Positions 18,681 through 29,259 of a stretch of 64,000 bases of DNA are shown here, one piece after another (position 1 is the stretch's first letter; every line of letters starts with the position of its first letter). The translations under genes were made by a program, and so were the position numbers. The stretch lies in assembly GCA_965215015.1 (NCBI GenBank), contig OZ244042.1, forward strand, positions 576,001 through 640,000. The letters run 5' to 3'. This DNA comes from Candidatus Poribacteria bacterium (GTDB taxonomy: Bacteria > Poribacteria > WGA-4E > PCPOR2b). The notes beneath the pieces are model-generated. The model saw only the letters and a list, made by a program, of their open reading frames with translations, had not been told where the DNA came from and searched no databases.

Positions 18681-18908
18681 GACAAACTCATACCTTTACT
18701 TCAAATTATCGAGTCTTGTCATGCAGTGCAGATTGTGTGCCAGTCCAAAAGTCGCATTTTCACCGTTTAGAGTGCCACTATTGCACGAAATTGGGCAAAT
18801 TCACTCCACGGGATAGTGACAATTTGGTGCGAATTTGTTTTGGACTTGCGAATGTGCCAACCGATTTTTAGTGTTGCATAATCTACCCGTTTTCCACGCG
18901 GATACGCA

Positions 18909-19643
18909 TTAATATTTTATAGATAAGAGTGCCAAACCGTGTGGCGGTACAGAAGCACCAGCTGCTGCTCTGTCCCGCGCATCAAGGACTCCGCGCAATT
19001 GATTGACGCCATCCTCTTTGTCATGTAATTTCAGGACAGTGCCGACAATGGCGCGAACCATACCCCGCAGAAAGGCATCCGCTTCAACCTCAAAATGGAC
19101 TAAATCTTCTTCCCGCCAACAGCGACATTCGTAAATCTCACAGATTGGGTTAATCCGTTCACTGCCGGAGCGTTGAAGAGAGGAAAAATCCCCCTTGCCG
19201 ACCAGCAATTGGCAGATTGTGTTTGCACCTTGCACATCAATCGACTCAGGAAAAAAGTAAGTATTGCTCCGTAACAGTGCGGAAGGATATGCACGATTGA
19301 GAATCGTGTACCGATAGGTCCGGCTTACTGCGCTGAATCGAGCGTGGAAATCTGGTGGGACCTCTTTCACATCAACAATGACGATGTCTCGCGGCAGGGT
19401 AGCGTTAAGTGCTCTCTGAAAAGCGATTGGCAGCATCTGAGAACGGGTGTGGAAATTGGCAACCTGACCGGCGGCATGTACTCCCGTGTCCGTTCTCCCT
19501 GCCCCAATGATTTGCACCTCTGTCTTGATAATCTTTGCAAGCGCGTCTTGGATGGCCGCTTGAATCGTTGTTGCGTTGGGCTGGATCTGCCAACCGTGAT
19601 AGTTTGTGCCGTCGTATTCGATTGTGATCTTGATATTTCGCAT
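18909..19643 (-). CDS. truA: tRNA pseudouridine(38-40) synthase
   Basis: YDGTNYHGWQ.QP, GAGRTDTGVHA.GQV, FHARFSA and FLRGMVR motifs. Confidence 0.96.
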   Translation of the reverse strand: MRNIKITIEYDGTNYHGWQIQPNATTIQAAIQDALAKIIKTEVQIIGAGRTDTGVHAAGQVANFHTRSQMLPIAFQRALNATLPRDIVIVDVKEVPPDFHARFSAVSRTYRYTILNRAYPSALLRSNTYFFPESIDVQGANTICQLLVGKGDFSSLQRSGSERINPICEIYECRCWREEDLVHFEVEADAFLRGMVRAIVGTVLKLHDKEDGVNQLRGVLDARDRAAAGASVPPHGLALLSIKY

Positions 19644-19755
19644 TGTTATTTATAGCCGCGCAATGCGTTTAGGACATCACGTTTTCCGCTTGATTCTTTT
19701 TTTTTGTAATGCTAAACTACCGTGAAATGAATCTCTACATCTACAGAGGGAAAAT

Positions 19756-20496
19756 ATGCCGATTAGTGAAGCACAGAAAGAGCAGTTTGCAGAAAAGGGA
19801 TTTTTCATCCTTGAAAATATCTTCAACGAGGTGGAAATCGACAATCTCACCGCCGAAATCGAAAGGTATGTTGATGAAGCGAATCGACAGCTTAAGGCGG
19901 ATGGCGGAAAAGGGATTAGCCGTCCGGACGAGATTGTGTTTACCTCTTTCATCGCGGAAAAAAACGAGAAGATTTTATCCTTCGTCAAACAGGATAAATT
20001 TGTCCAACTGACGACAGATCTCATCGGTCCAGATGTACGCCTCTACTGGAATCAGGCAGTCTTCAAATATCCTGAAACACCCCAAGAATTTCCATGGCAT
20101 CAAGACAACGGATATACACCACTCGATCCGGAACAGTATTATACCTGCTGGTTGGGGCTCAGTGATTCAACAGTAGAAAATGGTTGTATCTGGGTGCTGC
20201 CCGAAAGTCATAAGCTCGGCACGCAGCCACATGAGCGAACAATGTTGGGACAGGTCGGATACTCCGGCGATAATCCGGGGGTTTCCGTGCCGCTTAGAAA
20301 AGGAAGTATGGTGGTTTTCTCATCATTGCTTTTTCATCGAAGTGGTCCCAATCTGACAGAGGGCGTCCGCAAAGCATATATTATTCAGTATATACCGGCT
20401 CACGCGAGAAACGCAAGAAATAACGAACCCTTTACGGATAGACTCTGGGTTGCGAAAAACGGGAAGCGGTATGATGGTGAGGAATCGGATAGGTAG
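19756..20496 (+). CDS. Phytanoyl-CoA dioxygenase (PhyH) family Fe(II)/2OG oxygenase
   Basis: PWHQD, ENGCIWVLPESH and HRSGPN motifs. Confidence 0.9.
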   Translation: MPISEAQKEQFAEKGFFILENIFNEVEIDNLTAEIERYVDEANRQLKADGGKGISRPDEIVFTSFIAEKNEKILSFVKQDKFVQLTTDLIGPDVRLYWNQAVFKYPETPQEFPWHQDNGYTPLDPEQYYTCWLGLSDSTVENGCIWVLPESHKLGTQPHERTMLGQVGYSGDNPGVSVPLRKGSMVVFSSLLFHRSGPNLTEGVRKAYIIQYIPAHARNARNNEPFTDRLWVAKNGKRYDGEESDR

Positions 20497-20551
20497 GTGA
20501 GATCGGCAAACAGTTTTTGACGCTTTGAGCAAGAGAGTAGGAAAGGTTAAT

Positions 20552-20977
20552 ATGGATGACATCACACTTGAGTATTCAACCGATTCTGTTGATTGGAAGG
20601 AATTGGCTGAAGTGTATCGCCTAGCACCGTTGGGCACATACGATCCAGGGAAGCTACAACGTGCTTATGAGGAGAGCCAGGGCCGCTGCTTTGCATATCG
20701 CGGCACTCAGCTGATTGCCGCGGGGAGAGCATTGTCGGATGGAGAGTACTTCGCTTTCATCTGTGATATCGTCGTTCTGCCGGAATTTCAACGGCAGGGG
20801 ATAGGAGCACGCATTATGAACGTTCTATCTGAGAGGTCGGCTGCTGAAAAGATTCTTCTCGCCTGTGTGATTGGGCAAGAAGGCTTCTATAGAAAACTGG
20901 GTTTCTTGAAACATAAATCCGTCATGGCTCTGTATCCAAATGCCGAATGGTATAAGGAGAATGGGCTTTTGGAGTGA
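20552..20977 (+). CDS. GNAT family N-acetyltransferase
   Basis: VVLPEFQRQGIG and GFYRKLGF motifs. Confidence 0.88.
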   Translation: MDDITLEYSTDSVDWKELAEVYRLAPLGTYDPGKLQRAYEESQGRCFAYRGTQLIAAGRALSDGEYFAFICDIVVLPEFQRQGIGARIMNVLSERSAAEKILLACVIGQEGFYRKLGFLKHKSVMALYPNAEWYKENGLLE

Positions 20978-20988
20978 AGGAGGGTAAC

Positions 20989-21759
20989 ATGGAACGTCTT
21001 GAATACGGAAACACAGGAATCGAAATTTCACGCCTCTGCTTTGGGGCAGGGCATCTCAATAACGTCTGTGCGAGTTACGCAGCAGGCGGCGACCTGTTGC
21101 ATGAGGCATTTGATCAGGGGATTACCTTCTGGGATACGGCTGAAGGGTATGGAAGCCAACCACATCTGGGCGCAGCGTTGAAGGGACTTGAGCGAAGCCA
21201 AGTGGTCATTCAAACAAAAACCGGGGCGCAGGATTATGACGGTGCGCGCGAGAGTATTGAACGCTCTCTCCGAGAAATGGGGACCGATTACATCGACGTG
21301 CTGTTGCTGCATGGCGTTTCCTCACCTGAAGATTTGGAATCGCGGGAGGGGGCTCTGTCAGCATTTCTGGATGCCAAAAGCGAGGGGATTGTTCGTGTCA
21401 TCGGTTGCTCAACGCACATTCACACTGGATCGATCATGGATGCCGTCATTGATCATCCTGAGATTCAGGTCATCTTGGCAACGGCGAACAAAGAGGGCAG
21501 AATGCTGGAGGGCGGTCCGTGGGATCAGCATCTTGAATACCTCCAGCGTGCCTATGACCTCGGCAAAGGACTCAGCATAATGAAGGTCATCGCAGCGGGG
21601 GACCTCCCTGAATCGGAACTTGAAGCTTGGATTCGCTGGGGATTTGAGTTGGAGATTGCACACGCCATCAATCTCGGCATGTCCAACCACCCAGAGATTG
21701 ATTTCGATGTGCGGATTGCACGTGAACATGCGAGACAACGTCTACGCAAGGTTGCGTGA
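20989..21759 (+). CDS. Aldo/keto reductase
   Basis: GNTGIEISRLCFG, WDTAEGYG and SLREMGTDYIDVLLLH motifs. Confidence 0.88.
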   Translation: MERLEYGNTGIEISRLCFGAGHLNNVCASYAAGGDLLHEAFDQGITFWDTAEGYGSQPHLGAALKGLERSQVVIQTKTGAQDYDGARESIERSLREMGTDYIDVLLLHGVSSPEDLESREGALSAFLDAKSEGIVRVIGCSTHIHTGSIMDAVIDHPEIQVILATANKEGRMLEGGPWDQHLEYLQRAYDLGKGLSIMKVIAAGDLPESELEAWIRWGFELEIAHAINLGMSNHPEIDFDVRIAREHARQRLRKVA

Positions 21760-21800
21760 GAAGCTACAAGGACTTTTAACCCCTCAAAGGAGATTTCAAC

Positions 21801-22829
21801 ATGACAGAACATACGCATAACGCTTCACCTATATCCACAGTGATCCCTGCCTCCGAGACAGCTGAACAGATGGCAGTTGCTTGTGCGAACTTCTTAGAAG
21901 CCTTGACGCCGGAGCTGCGGCGGCAGGCGGAATTCCCGTTTGAAGATGCTGAACGTCAACGTTGGCACTACATCCCACGCGAGATGTTCGACCGCAAAGG
22001 GGTATATCTCCAAGAAATGAATCAGAAGCAAAGGGATGCGGCTTTCAATCTACTTGCCACCGGATTAAGCAGGACAGGCTATCAAAAGGCAACAGCGATC
22101 ATCGACTTGGAAGCCACGCTCGGTGAGCAGGAACGGATGGAAGGGATGGCACGGCTCGTCCGAGATCCCGGGCTCTACGCCTTCAGCGTTTTTGGAGATT
22201 CGACGAATTACGGTCCTTGGGGGTGGCGGGCGGAGGGACACCACGTCTCACTCCATTTCACCGTTGTAAACCGGGAGTTGATTACGCCAAATCCGTTCTT
22301 CTTTGGATCTAACCCCGCAGAGGTTCGACACGGGCCCGACAAGGGCCTAAGGATATTGTCTGCGGAAGAAGATCTCGCAAGACAGCTTTTGGGATCTCTT
22401 AATCCGGAGCAAAAAAGCAAAACAGTTATCAACGAAACGGCACCTGCGGACATCCTGACACGAGACGTTCCAAAAGTTGAGCTTGAGGCCGCCGAAGGGT
22501 TGGCAGTCGAGTCGATGACGATTGGACAACGTGAAATTTTGGCGGAGCTCATTGACACGTACATCGATCGGCTCCCGGATCAGTTGGCAAAAATTGAGGG
22601 GCGGAAACTGCGCGATGCGGGTATAAATGATATCCACTTCGCTTGGGCAGGACCGGCAAATCGTGGACAGCCGCATTACTATCGTCTGCACGGCCCCTTC
22701 TTCTTCGTAGAATATGACAACACACAAAATAACGCCAATCACATCCACACCGTTTGGCGACATATCGAAGATGATTTCGGTATAGACCTACTCCGTTCTC
22801 ATTATCAAAACGGACATCATCACGCGTAA
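21801..22829 (+). CDS. DUF3500 domain protein
   Basis: WGWRAEGHHVSL, FFGSNPA, YYRLHGP and EYDNTQNNANHIHTVWR motifs. Confidence 0.85.
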   Translation: MTEHTHNASPISTVIPASETAEQMAVACANFLEALTPELRRQAEFPFEDAERQRWHYIPREMFDRKGVYLQEMNQKQRDAAFNLLATGLSRTGYQKATAIIDLEATLGEQERMEGMARLVRDPGLYAFSVFGDSTNYGPWGWRAEGHHVSLHFTVVNRELITPNPFFFGSNPAEVRHGPDKGLRILSAEEDLARQLLGSLNPEQKSKTVINETAPADILTRDVPKVELEAAEGLAVESMTIGQREILAELIDTYIDRLPDQLAKIEGRKLRDAGINDIHFAWAGPANRGQPHYYRLHGPFFFVEYDNTQNNANHIHTVWRHIEDDFGIDLLRSHYQNGHHHA

Positions 22830-22881
22830 AGTGGGATTCGGCAGCGGTGAACCGTGCGAGGGGCATATCCTTCGCACGGTT

Positions 22882-23745
22882 TTATGATTCCAGTCGATTC
22901 ACTCGAAACCACTCATATATTAACACACTCCCTGCCACCGCCACGTTGAGGGATTCCACCTCGCCCGTCATCGGCAGCCGCGTCCACCCTTCGATTTGTG
23001 CACGCACCGCATCGGATATGCCTCGTACATCGTGGCCCAAAACTATGGCGATCCGACCTTTCCAACTTTCCTGATTCCAGAGTTTTCCGAGGTGTGGATC
23101 TGCCCCCATCGTTCTGAACCCTTTTTTACGCATCCATCTAAAAAGCCCAGGAATGTCCGCCGTCTGCACGAGGGGAACACTGAACAGCGAGCCGTGACTC
23201 CCTCTCACAGCTTTCGGATGGAAGATATCCACGCAGGGTGGAATCAGAAAAACCGCTGCAACCCCAACAGCATCTGCGGTGCGGAGAATCATCCCTAGAT
23301 TGCTTGGCGTTTGTGTCCCATCGAGAACAAGGATTAGTTCATCGCCGGTCAGAGCGATGTCTTGAAATGACCTCTCGAATCGGGCGAAAGTCGCTACGAT
23401 ATGCGTATGTATGACATGGGGCGAGGCCTTATGAGGGGCGGCGTACACGTTGCCGGCGGCAGCCGATAGTGTATGCAGCACTTGAGCCGACACCGGGGCA
23501 AGGGTTGCGTCGGCCTCTCGCAAGCGATTGAGAAGCTGCTGGGTTGCCTTATCACCACATTGTTCCTCACAGTAGAAGACTTCAATCGGTCGTATACCTG
23601 CATCTAATGCCAGGTGCAAGATCTCAAAGCCTTCGACTAGGAAACGTCCTTGGTGCTGACGGTGCTTGCGCGTCTGAAGTTTGCGGGCGACGACAACTCG
23701 TTGGTTATTGACACTGGTAATAACGGAATGCGGCTGGGGGGGCAT
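22882..23745 (-). CDS. TrmH/SpoU family RNA methyltransferase
   Basis: ITS..N.RV, NLGMILRTADA and ESLNVAVAG motifs. Confidence 0.9.
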   Translation of the reverse strand: MPPQPHSVITSVNNQRVVVARKLQTRKHRQHQGRFLVEGFEILHLALDAGIRPIEVFYCEEQCGDKATQQLLNRLREADATLAPVSAQVLHTLSAAAGNVYAAPHKASPHVIHTHIVATFARFERSFQDIALTGDELILVLDGTQTPSNLGMILRTADAVGVAAVFLIPPCVDIFHPKAVRGSHGSLFSVPLVQTADIPGLFRWMRKKGFRTMGADPHLGKLWNQESWKGRIAIVLGHDVRGISDAVRAQIEGWTRLPMTGEVESLNVAVAGSVLIYEWFRVNRLES

Positions 23746-23832
23746 GGGTTAGATTTTTGTGTTTTTGTGAGGTAACTGTTCTCCTACGCCTAGCGGAAAC
23801 GGGGAAGAGAGAACTTGAACGGTTATTCACAA

Positions 23833-24690
23833 CTAAATACTGGCCAGAACTACACGCTCAATACCAGAATAATCTTTGATGATTTCACAACGCTTATAGG
23901 CTGGTTGTGATCTGATCAGGTCCTGAACAGTGTAACTCTGGTTGTAACCAATTTCCAAGATTAGCTTTCCTTGCGGATTCAAAAACTGGGGTGCGTCTGT
24001 TACGATACGCCGAATGATATCGAGACCATCAACCCCGGCAAAGAGCGCGATTTTGGGTTCGTGCTTCCGAATATCTGGCGGGAGGGTTGACGCCTCGTCT
24101 GTGCTCACGTAAGGCGGGTTAGACGCAATCCAGTCAAAACGAGAGTCGGATAGCTCTTGCAGGGGTTCAAACAGATCGCCTTGCAGGAAGGTGAGCCGAT
24201 CCGCACAGTTGTGGGTGAAAGCATTTTGTTGGGCAACTTCTAGGGCTTCCGTTGAGAAATCTGTGGCAATGAGCTCCCAATCGGGCCGGTGATGACCAAA
24301 ACTAATCGCGATGGCACCACAACCTGTTCCAATGTCAACGAATCGGCATGGATCCTTCTGCTGTTGTAAGACCGTTTCAACTATGGTCTCCGTTTCGGGT
24401 CTCGGAATCAGGACGCGTGGATCTACATAGAAGTCCAGGGACATAAACTCCTTGTGGTTTGTCAGGTAACTCACAGGCGTGTGGGCTATCCGCTTTTTGA
24501 TTAGCCCCCGAAATTTCGAGAGCGCATCTTGGAAAACAGGCATCTCGAAAGAGAGATAGAGTTGTAAGCGGCTCTTTTGCAGGAGGTGTCCAAGCAATAA
24601 TTCCGCGTCTAACCGCGGGGTGGGGACTTCGTGACGTTCAAAGTATTTCGTCGTCCATTCGATGAGATCAATCACGCGCCAGGTTTTCAC
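23833..24690 (-). CDS. prmC: Release factor glutamine methyltransferase
   Basis: VLIPRPETE, DIGTGCGAI and SNPPY motifs; follows prfA. Confidence 0.95.
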   Translation of the reverse strand: MKTWRVIDLIEWTTKYFERHEVPTPRLDAELLLGHLLQKSRLQLYLSFEMPVFQDALSKFRGLIKKRIAHTPVSYLTNHKEFMSLDFYVDPRVLIPRPETETIVETVLQQQKDPCRFVDIGTGCGAIAISFGHHRPDWELIATDFSTEALEVAQQNAFTHNCADRLTFLQGDLFEPLQELSDSRFDWIASNPPYVSTDEASTLPPDIRKHEPKIALFAGVDGLDIIRRIVTDAPQFLNPQGKLILEIGYNQSYTVQDLIRSQPAYKRCEIIKDYSGIERVVLASI

Positions 24691-24692
24691 GA

Positions 24693-25757
24693 CTATAGGT
24701 TTTTTAATTGCTCCGCTTGGTCGGCGTCTATCAAGGCATCAATGAAAGCGTCGATGTCTCCATCTAAGACTGTATCCAGTTGATAAACGCTCAAGCCGAT
24801 ACGATGGTCTGTCACCCGATTTTGGGGGAAGTTATAGGTGCGAATTTTCTCACTTCGATCGCCACTACCAATCATGGATTTCCGCGTTTGAGCGCGTTCG
24901 GCATCCTGTTCAGCTTGCATCTGTTCAAGCAGACGGGAGCGCAGAATCTTCATCGCTTTGGCTCTATTTTTATGTTGGGATTTTTCATCTTGGCAGGATA
25001 CCGTGAGCCCTGTCGGAATGTACGTGATTCGGACCGCCGAATCGGTTGTATTGACACTTTGACCGCCTGGCCCCGATGAACGGAACACTTCAATCCGCAA
25101 ATCTTCTGTGGCCAGCTTGAGGTCGACCTCTTCCGCCTCCGGCAATATGGCGACAGTTACCGCTGATGTGTGGATACGACCACTGGCTTCCGTCGTCGGG
25201 ACGCGCTGCACACGGTGTGTACCACCTTCAAACTTCAGCCGGCTATATGCCCGGTTCCCGTCGATTGAAAAAATAATCTCTTTGAAGCCTTTCACGCCGG
25301 TTGCATGGGAGTTGAGCAGTTCTATTTTCCATCCTTTCTGATCAGCATATCTTGCATACATCCGGAAAAGTTCCCCGGCAAATAAACTTGCTTCTTCGCC
25401 CCCTGTGCCCGCGCGAACCTCCATAATCACATTCTTCTCATCGTTCGCATCTTTGGGGATCAGCAAGATCTTCAGTTGCGTTTCTAAATCGTCTTTCCGC
25501 TCGGTGAGCCCCTCAAGTTCCTGCTTGGCAAAAGCAATAAATTCCGCATCGGTTTCCTGTTCAAGGAGGTTAGAGGTTTCTTCAATTTCTTTTTTTGTTT
25601 TTTGATAAGCTGTATACTTTGAAACAATCGGCGCGAGTTCCGCGTGCGACTTTGCGAGGTGTTGCAAATTTTGCTGATCGGCGATTTGCACAGGATCGGC
25701 TAAACCCTTTTCAATTTCTAAATATCTCGTTTCTATCTCTTTTAACTTCTCAAACAT
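24693..25757 (-). CDS. prfA: Peptide chain release factor 1
   Basis: [13 protein letters not shown], the PxT motif (VPTTE), GGQ and [11 protein letters not shown]. Confidence 0.97.
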   Translation of the reverse strand: MFEKLKEIETRYLEIEKGLADPVQIADQQNLQHLAKSHAELAPIVSKYTAYQKTKKEIEETSNLLEQETDAEFIAFAKQELEGLTERKDDLETQLKILLIPKDANDEKNVIMEVRAGTGGEEASLFAGELFRMYARYADQKGWKIELLNSHATGVKGFKEIIFSIDGNRAYSRLKFEGGTHRVQRVPTTEASGRIHTSAVTVAILPEAEEVDLKLATEDLRIEVFRSSGPGGQSVNTTDSAVRITYIPTGLTVSCQDEKSQHKNRAKAMKILRSRLLEQMQAEQDAERAQTRKSMIGSGDRSEKIRTYNFPQNRVTDHRIGLSVYQLDTVLDGDIDAFIDALIDADQAEQLKNL

Positions 25758-25778
25758 AGTTGGGTACCATCTCACTAT

Positions 25779-26621
25779 TTAAGCCGGTGTTGACGCTGCT
25801 CTATCAGTAACGTTGAAATTTGGATTCTCCATACCGATGCCAGCTTCACGCCGCTTGCTTGCTTCGGTTTGCGCTTTTTTATACCAAGCCTCGAACTCAG
25901 GTGTCCAGGCACTGTCGTGTAACGTTGCTCGTTTACGGTAGGGGACATAGTTGCCCAGATGCCAGAGCGTATTTCGGTAGAGCGCAAAATCTCCCGCTTC
26001 TAGATGCAATTGTGCCGCCCCGGGCATACTGCGACAGTATTCGAGGCAGAGCGATTCTCGTGCTTCGGTGAACTGTCCATCAAGTTCCACGCTCGGTATT
26101 GGCCGATCTGGGAAGCGTTCAATTTCCGCCGGCAGGTCGCGTCTCAAATGGCTACCCAGAACAAACCATGTGGAACTGTCTTCATACAAGGCGCAGTTAA
26201 TCTGGTTGAAAAGGTTGATGTCGTTGAACACTTCATCCCACATTGAGAGCGGTAAGCCTACGGCGTTATCACGCCAGTCGCGGTGCCATGGCGTACAGTA
26301 TGGCATCTCCGCGGGCTCAAAAAGAATGCCAAAGTGATTTCGATTCCCATGGCGATGACGCGGCGTCAGCACTTTGGCAATGGCGTCAACGAGTGCCGGT
26401 AGGTTGGCGTAGTCAATGAAGGGCTGCTGGTCAAGATCGTAGTTTGCAACGGGCTGGAGGCGCTGCACTTGAGGGCCACTCTTCTCACGTGCAATTGCTT
26501 TGGCTCTGTCACTGACTTGCCGTAGATCCCGAATCAATGACGGTGGGAGAATCTTTCGGAAAACTGTGTAACCGAGCATATGGTATTCTTCAATATGTTT
26601 ATCAGATACTTGAAATCCCAT
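25779..26621 (-). CDS. PhyH-like Fe(II)/2OG dioxygenase
   Basis: WHRD, VLGSH and L.AGD.ALY....WH.G motifs. Confidence 0.75.
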   Translation of the reverse strand: MGFQVSDKHIEEYHMLGYTVFRKILPPSLIRDLRQVSDRAKAIAREKSGPQVQRLQPVANYDLDQQPFIDYANLPALVDAIAKVLTPRHRHGNRNHFGILFEPAEMPYCTPWHRDWRDNAVGLPLSMWDEVFNDINLFNQINCALYEDSSTWFVLGSHLRRDLPAEIERFPDRPIPSVELDGQFTEARESLCLEYCRSMPGAAQLHLEAGDFALYRNTLWHLGNYVPYRKRATLHDSAWTPEFEAWYKKAQTEASKRREAGIGMENPNFNVTDRAASTPA

Positions 26622-26842
26622 GCTTTCGTTATTTCCTTCTGTGCCCCCTATCCGCCGTGAAATTTTCTCAGGACCTCAAAAAGGCGGATAGTTGTCCCTA
26701 CAATTACCGTATCTGGTTTATCGGTAATGACCTTTTTCCCTAAGTTTCATAGACGGACGCATTCGTGAGAATTCAGCACCGCTGCGACACAACGCCCGAA
26801 CTCTGCGAGGTTCGGCTGCCGGTGTTTGTGGCCAAGTGTCAT

Positions 26843-27052
26843 TTAATTTTCATCGGTAAGGCCATACCTACGGCGGAAGCTTTCCACACGTCCCGCTGTA
26901 TCCACAATTGTCTGCTGTCCTGAGTAAAACGGGTGGCACTTTGAACAAATTTCTACGCGAATCTGGGGTTTAGTAGAATAGGTTGTATATGTTGCACCAC
27001 ACACACAATTGATGACACATTCCATGGTTTCTGGATGGATATCTGATTTCAT
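26843..27052 (-). CDS. rpmE: 50S ribosomal protein L31 (zinc-binding type)
   Basis: MKSDIHP...C.CG...[20 protein letters not shown]; AAGGAGGTGA RBS. Confidence 0.96.
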   Translation of the reverse strand: MKSDIHPETMECVINCVCGATYTTYSTKPQIRVEICSKCHPFYSGQQTIVDTAGRVESFRRRYGLTDEN

Positions 27053-27379
27053 GAGGACACTCACCTCCTTACAATGTTCAAGTTCTCTTAGGAAATCGGA
27101 GAACCTAAACGACTCAATCCCTCGGACTGTTAAACGGTGGCTTCCCCTGTTTTGGAAAAGTTCTGGGAGCCAAAATTTTTTCACTTGTAAGTGCCTTATT
27201 TCGTAACGCAATAAGTAGATAGGTGCTTTTTCTCTGAATTTAACGCAAAGTCACAGAATTACAAAACATCCATGAATCTCCACAAGCTGTCTTGAACAAT
27301 GTCTTTGCTCGCTTGCGTTTTATTAAAAGCCAGTAACTACTTATTCCCTTTCGTAATCGGTTCGTCAATGGATTTATTG

Positions 27380-28693
27380 CTACCACTGATAGCGTCCAGC
27401 GCGCGCGGGACCATTAGCTTTGGTATTATTCACCATCATATCAATAAACTGCTCATTTGTCTTTGTTTTTCCCAACTGTTCGACGAGGAGTTCCATTGAT
27501 TCAGCGGTGCTCATCTGTCCCATGAATTTGCGCAGGATCCACGCTTTGCTGAGTATCTCTGGCTTCAAAAGCAGCTCTTCGCGCCTGGTCTTCGATTTAC
27601 CGATGTCGATGGAGGGGAAAATACGTCGTTCTAGCAGAGAACGCTCTAGGTGGATTTCCATGTTTGCAGTACCTTTTAACTCCTCATAAATATGTTCATC
27701 GCCTCGACTTTCGGTATCAACCAATACGGTAGCTATGATTGTTAAGCTGCCGCCTTCCTCGAACTTTCGGGCCGCCCCGAAAAACTGACGAGGCTTTAGA
27801 AACGCGAGTGCGTCAATACCGCCTGACAATGTTTTACCACTATGCGGTGCCACAACGTTACAGGCTCGCACGAGGCGTGTCATACTATCCAGCATAATCA
27901 CAACGTCCTTGCCATATTCGACCCACCGTTTCGCCTTTTCAATGACCATATCCGCAACTTGCACATGCCGTTCCGGATGCTCGTCAAAAGTCGAGCTGAT
28001 AACTTCCCCTTTTACGGACCGGGAAACATCTGTTACTTCTTCTGGACGCTCATCAATTAGCAGGAAAATCATCATGACTTCCGGATGATTCTCCTCAATA
28101 CCGTGTGCGATATTTTTTAAGATTGTAGTTTTGCCACTGTAGGGGGGGGCTACAATCAGTCCACGCTGTCCCTTACCGATCGGAGACATCAAATCCACAA
28201 TGCGTGTAGAAAACTCCCTCGGATTATGTTCAAGCCTTAGCTGTTCGTGCGGGTAAACAGGGGTCAGGTTATCGAAAAGGATTTTATCCTTTGCGACCGC
28301 TGGTGCTTCGCTATTGACCTGTTCGATTTTTAACAATGCAAAGTAGAATTCATCTTTGTCGCCACCCTTTTTAGGGGGACGGATTTGTCCCTGAACCTCG
28401 TGACCTGTCCGGAGGTCAAATTTGCGTATTTGCGAGGGAGAGACATAAATATCATCGGTACTTTGCAAATAGTTATAGCTAGATGACCGGAGGAAGCCGT
28501 ATTTTTCTGGTAAAATTTCAAGGATGCCTTCTCCGAATAACATGCCGCTGCTTTCCGCTTTGGCTTCAACAATTTGGGCAATAAGCTCTTGCTTGCGGAG
28601 ACTACTGTATCCTGTCAGCCCAAGCTTCCGAGCCATACCATTCAATTCGGAGATCGTCATCTCTTGGAGTTTGACAATGTCCACATTCTCCAT
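27380..28693 (-). CDS. rho: Transcription termination factor Rho
   Basis: GFLRS...[28 protein letters not shown] and [11 protein letters not shown] motifs; GAGGAG before ATG 28693. Confidence 0.97.
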   Translation of the reverse strand: MENVDIVKLQEMTISELNGMARKLGLTGYSSLRKQELIAQIVEAKAESSGMLFGEGILEILPEKYGFLRSSSYNYLQSTDDIYVSPSQIRKFDLRTGHEVQGQIRPPKKGGDKDEFYFALLKIEQVNSEAPAVAKDKILFDNLTPVYPHEQLRLEHNPREFSTRIVDLMSPIGKGQRGLIVAPPYSGKTTILKNIAHGIEENHPEVMMIFLLIDERPEEVTDVSRSVKGEVISSTFDEHPERHVQVADMVIEKAKRWVEYGKDVVIMLDSMTRLVRACNVVAPHSGKTLSGGIDALAFLKPRQFFGAARKFEEGGSLTIIATVLVDTESRGDEHIYEELKGTANMEIHLERSLLERRIFPSIDIGKSKTRREELLLKPEILSKAWILRKFMGQMSTAESMELLVEQLGKTKTNEQFIDMMVNNTKANGPARAGRYQW

Positions 28694-29156
28694 AATCTTG
28701 TTGCTCCTCATTGCGAGATTCTAACCGTTTACAGATTGCCTAACACTCATATCGCTTAAACCAACCCAAAATTAGCACAAAGCATTTGCAGTAGGCAATC
28801 GACAGTTAATGCTGTGTTTTGAAAAAGATGATATGCTCCAAAGGATCATGTAACGGGTAAGTGACAGCATCATAGAGAGGAGATGTGCAACAACTCACCA
28901 GTTGGCCGCCTATAATTTGTGATCCTTGGCAGCGTAGTGGGGGGAAACTATCGAAAAGAAAATTGGATCAAATTAAAATTAAAGATAAGGATACGCAGAA
29001 TAGCGGTTGGTTAAATCTTGAGTGAAAAGGAATTCCCAAATGGGGTAACATAAGAAAGAAGAGGTGTCAAATCAGCGTTTATTAAGGTGTTCCAGATAAT
29101 GTAAATCGTTTGTATTAGACAATTGTTGGAGGGAATTATTCCTATTAACAACGGAC

Positions 29157-29186
29157 ATTATACACTAGTGGATCATTCAACGTCAA
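29157..29186 (-). promoter_or_regulatory. sigma70-like promoter for rho
   Basis: Minus strand TTGACG-N18-TATAAT. Confidence 0.6.
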
Positions 29187-29259
29187 GATGTTTTTGAAGA
29201 ACATCAGAAATATGTCGAATTAATTAATAGAATAGCATCTTCAAAGTTAGCGAATTTCC

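Noticed and set aside
27053-27211. Long N-terminal extension of L31
   Set aside because: The strong RBS AAGGAGGTGA defines the start at 27052.
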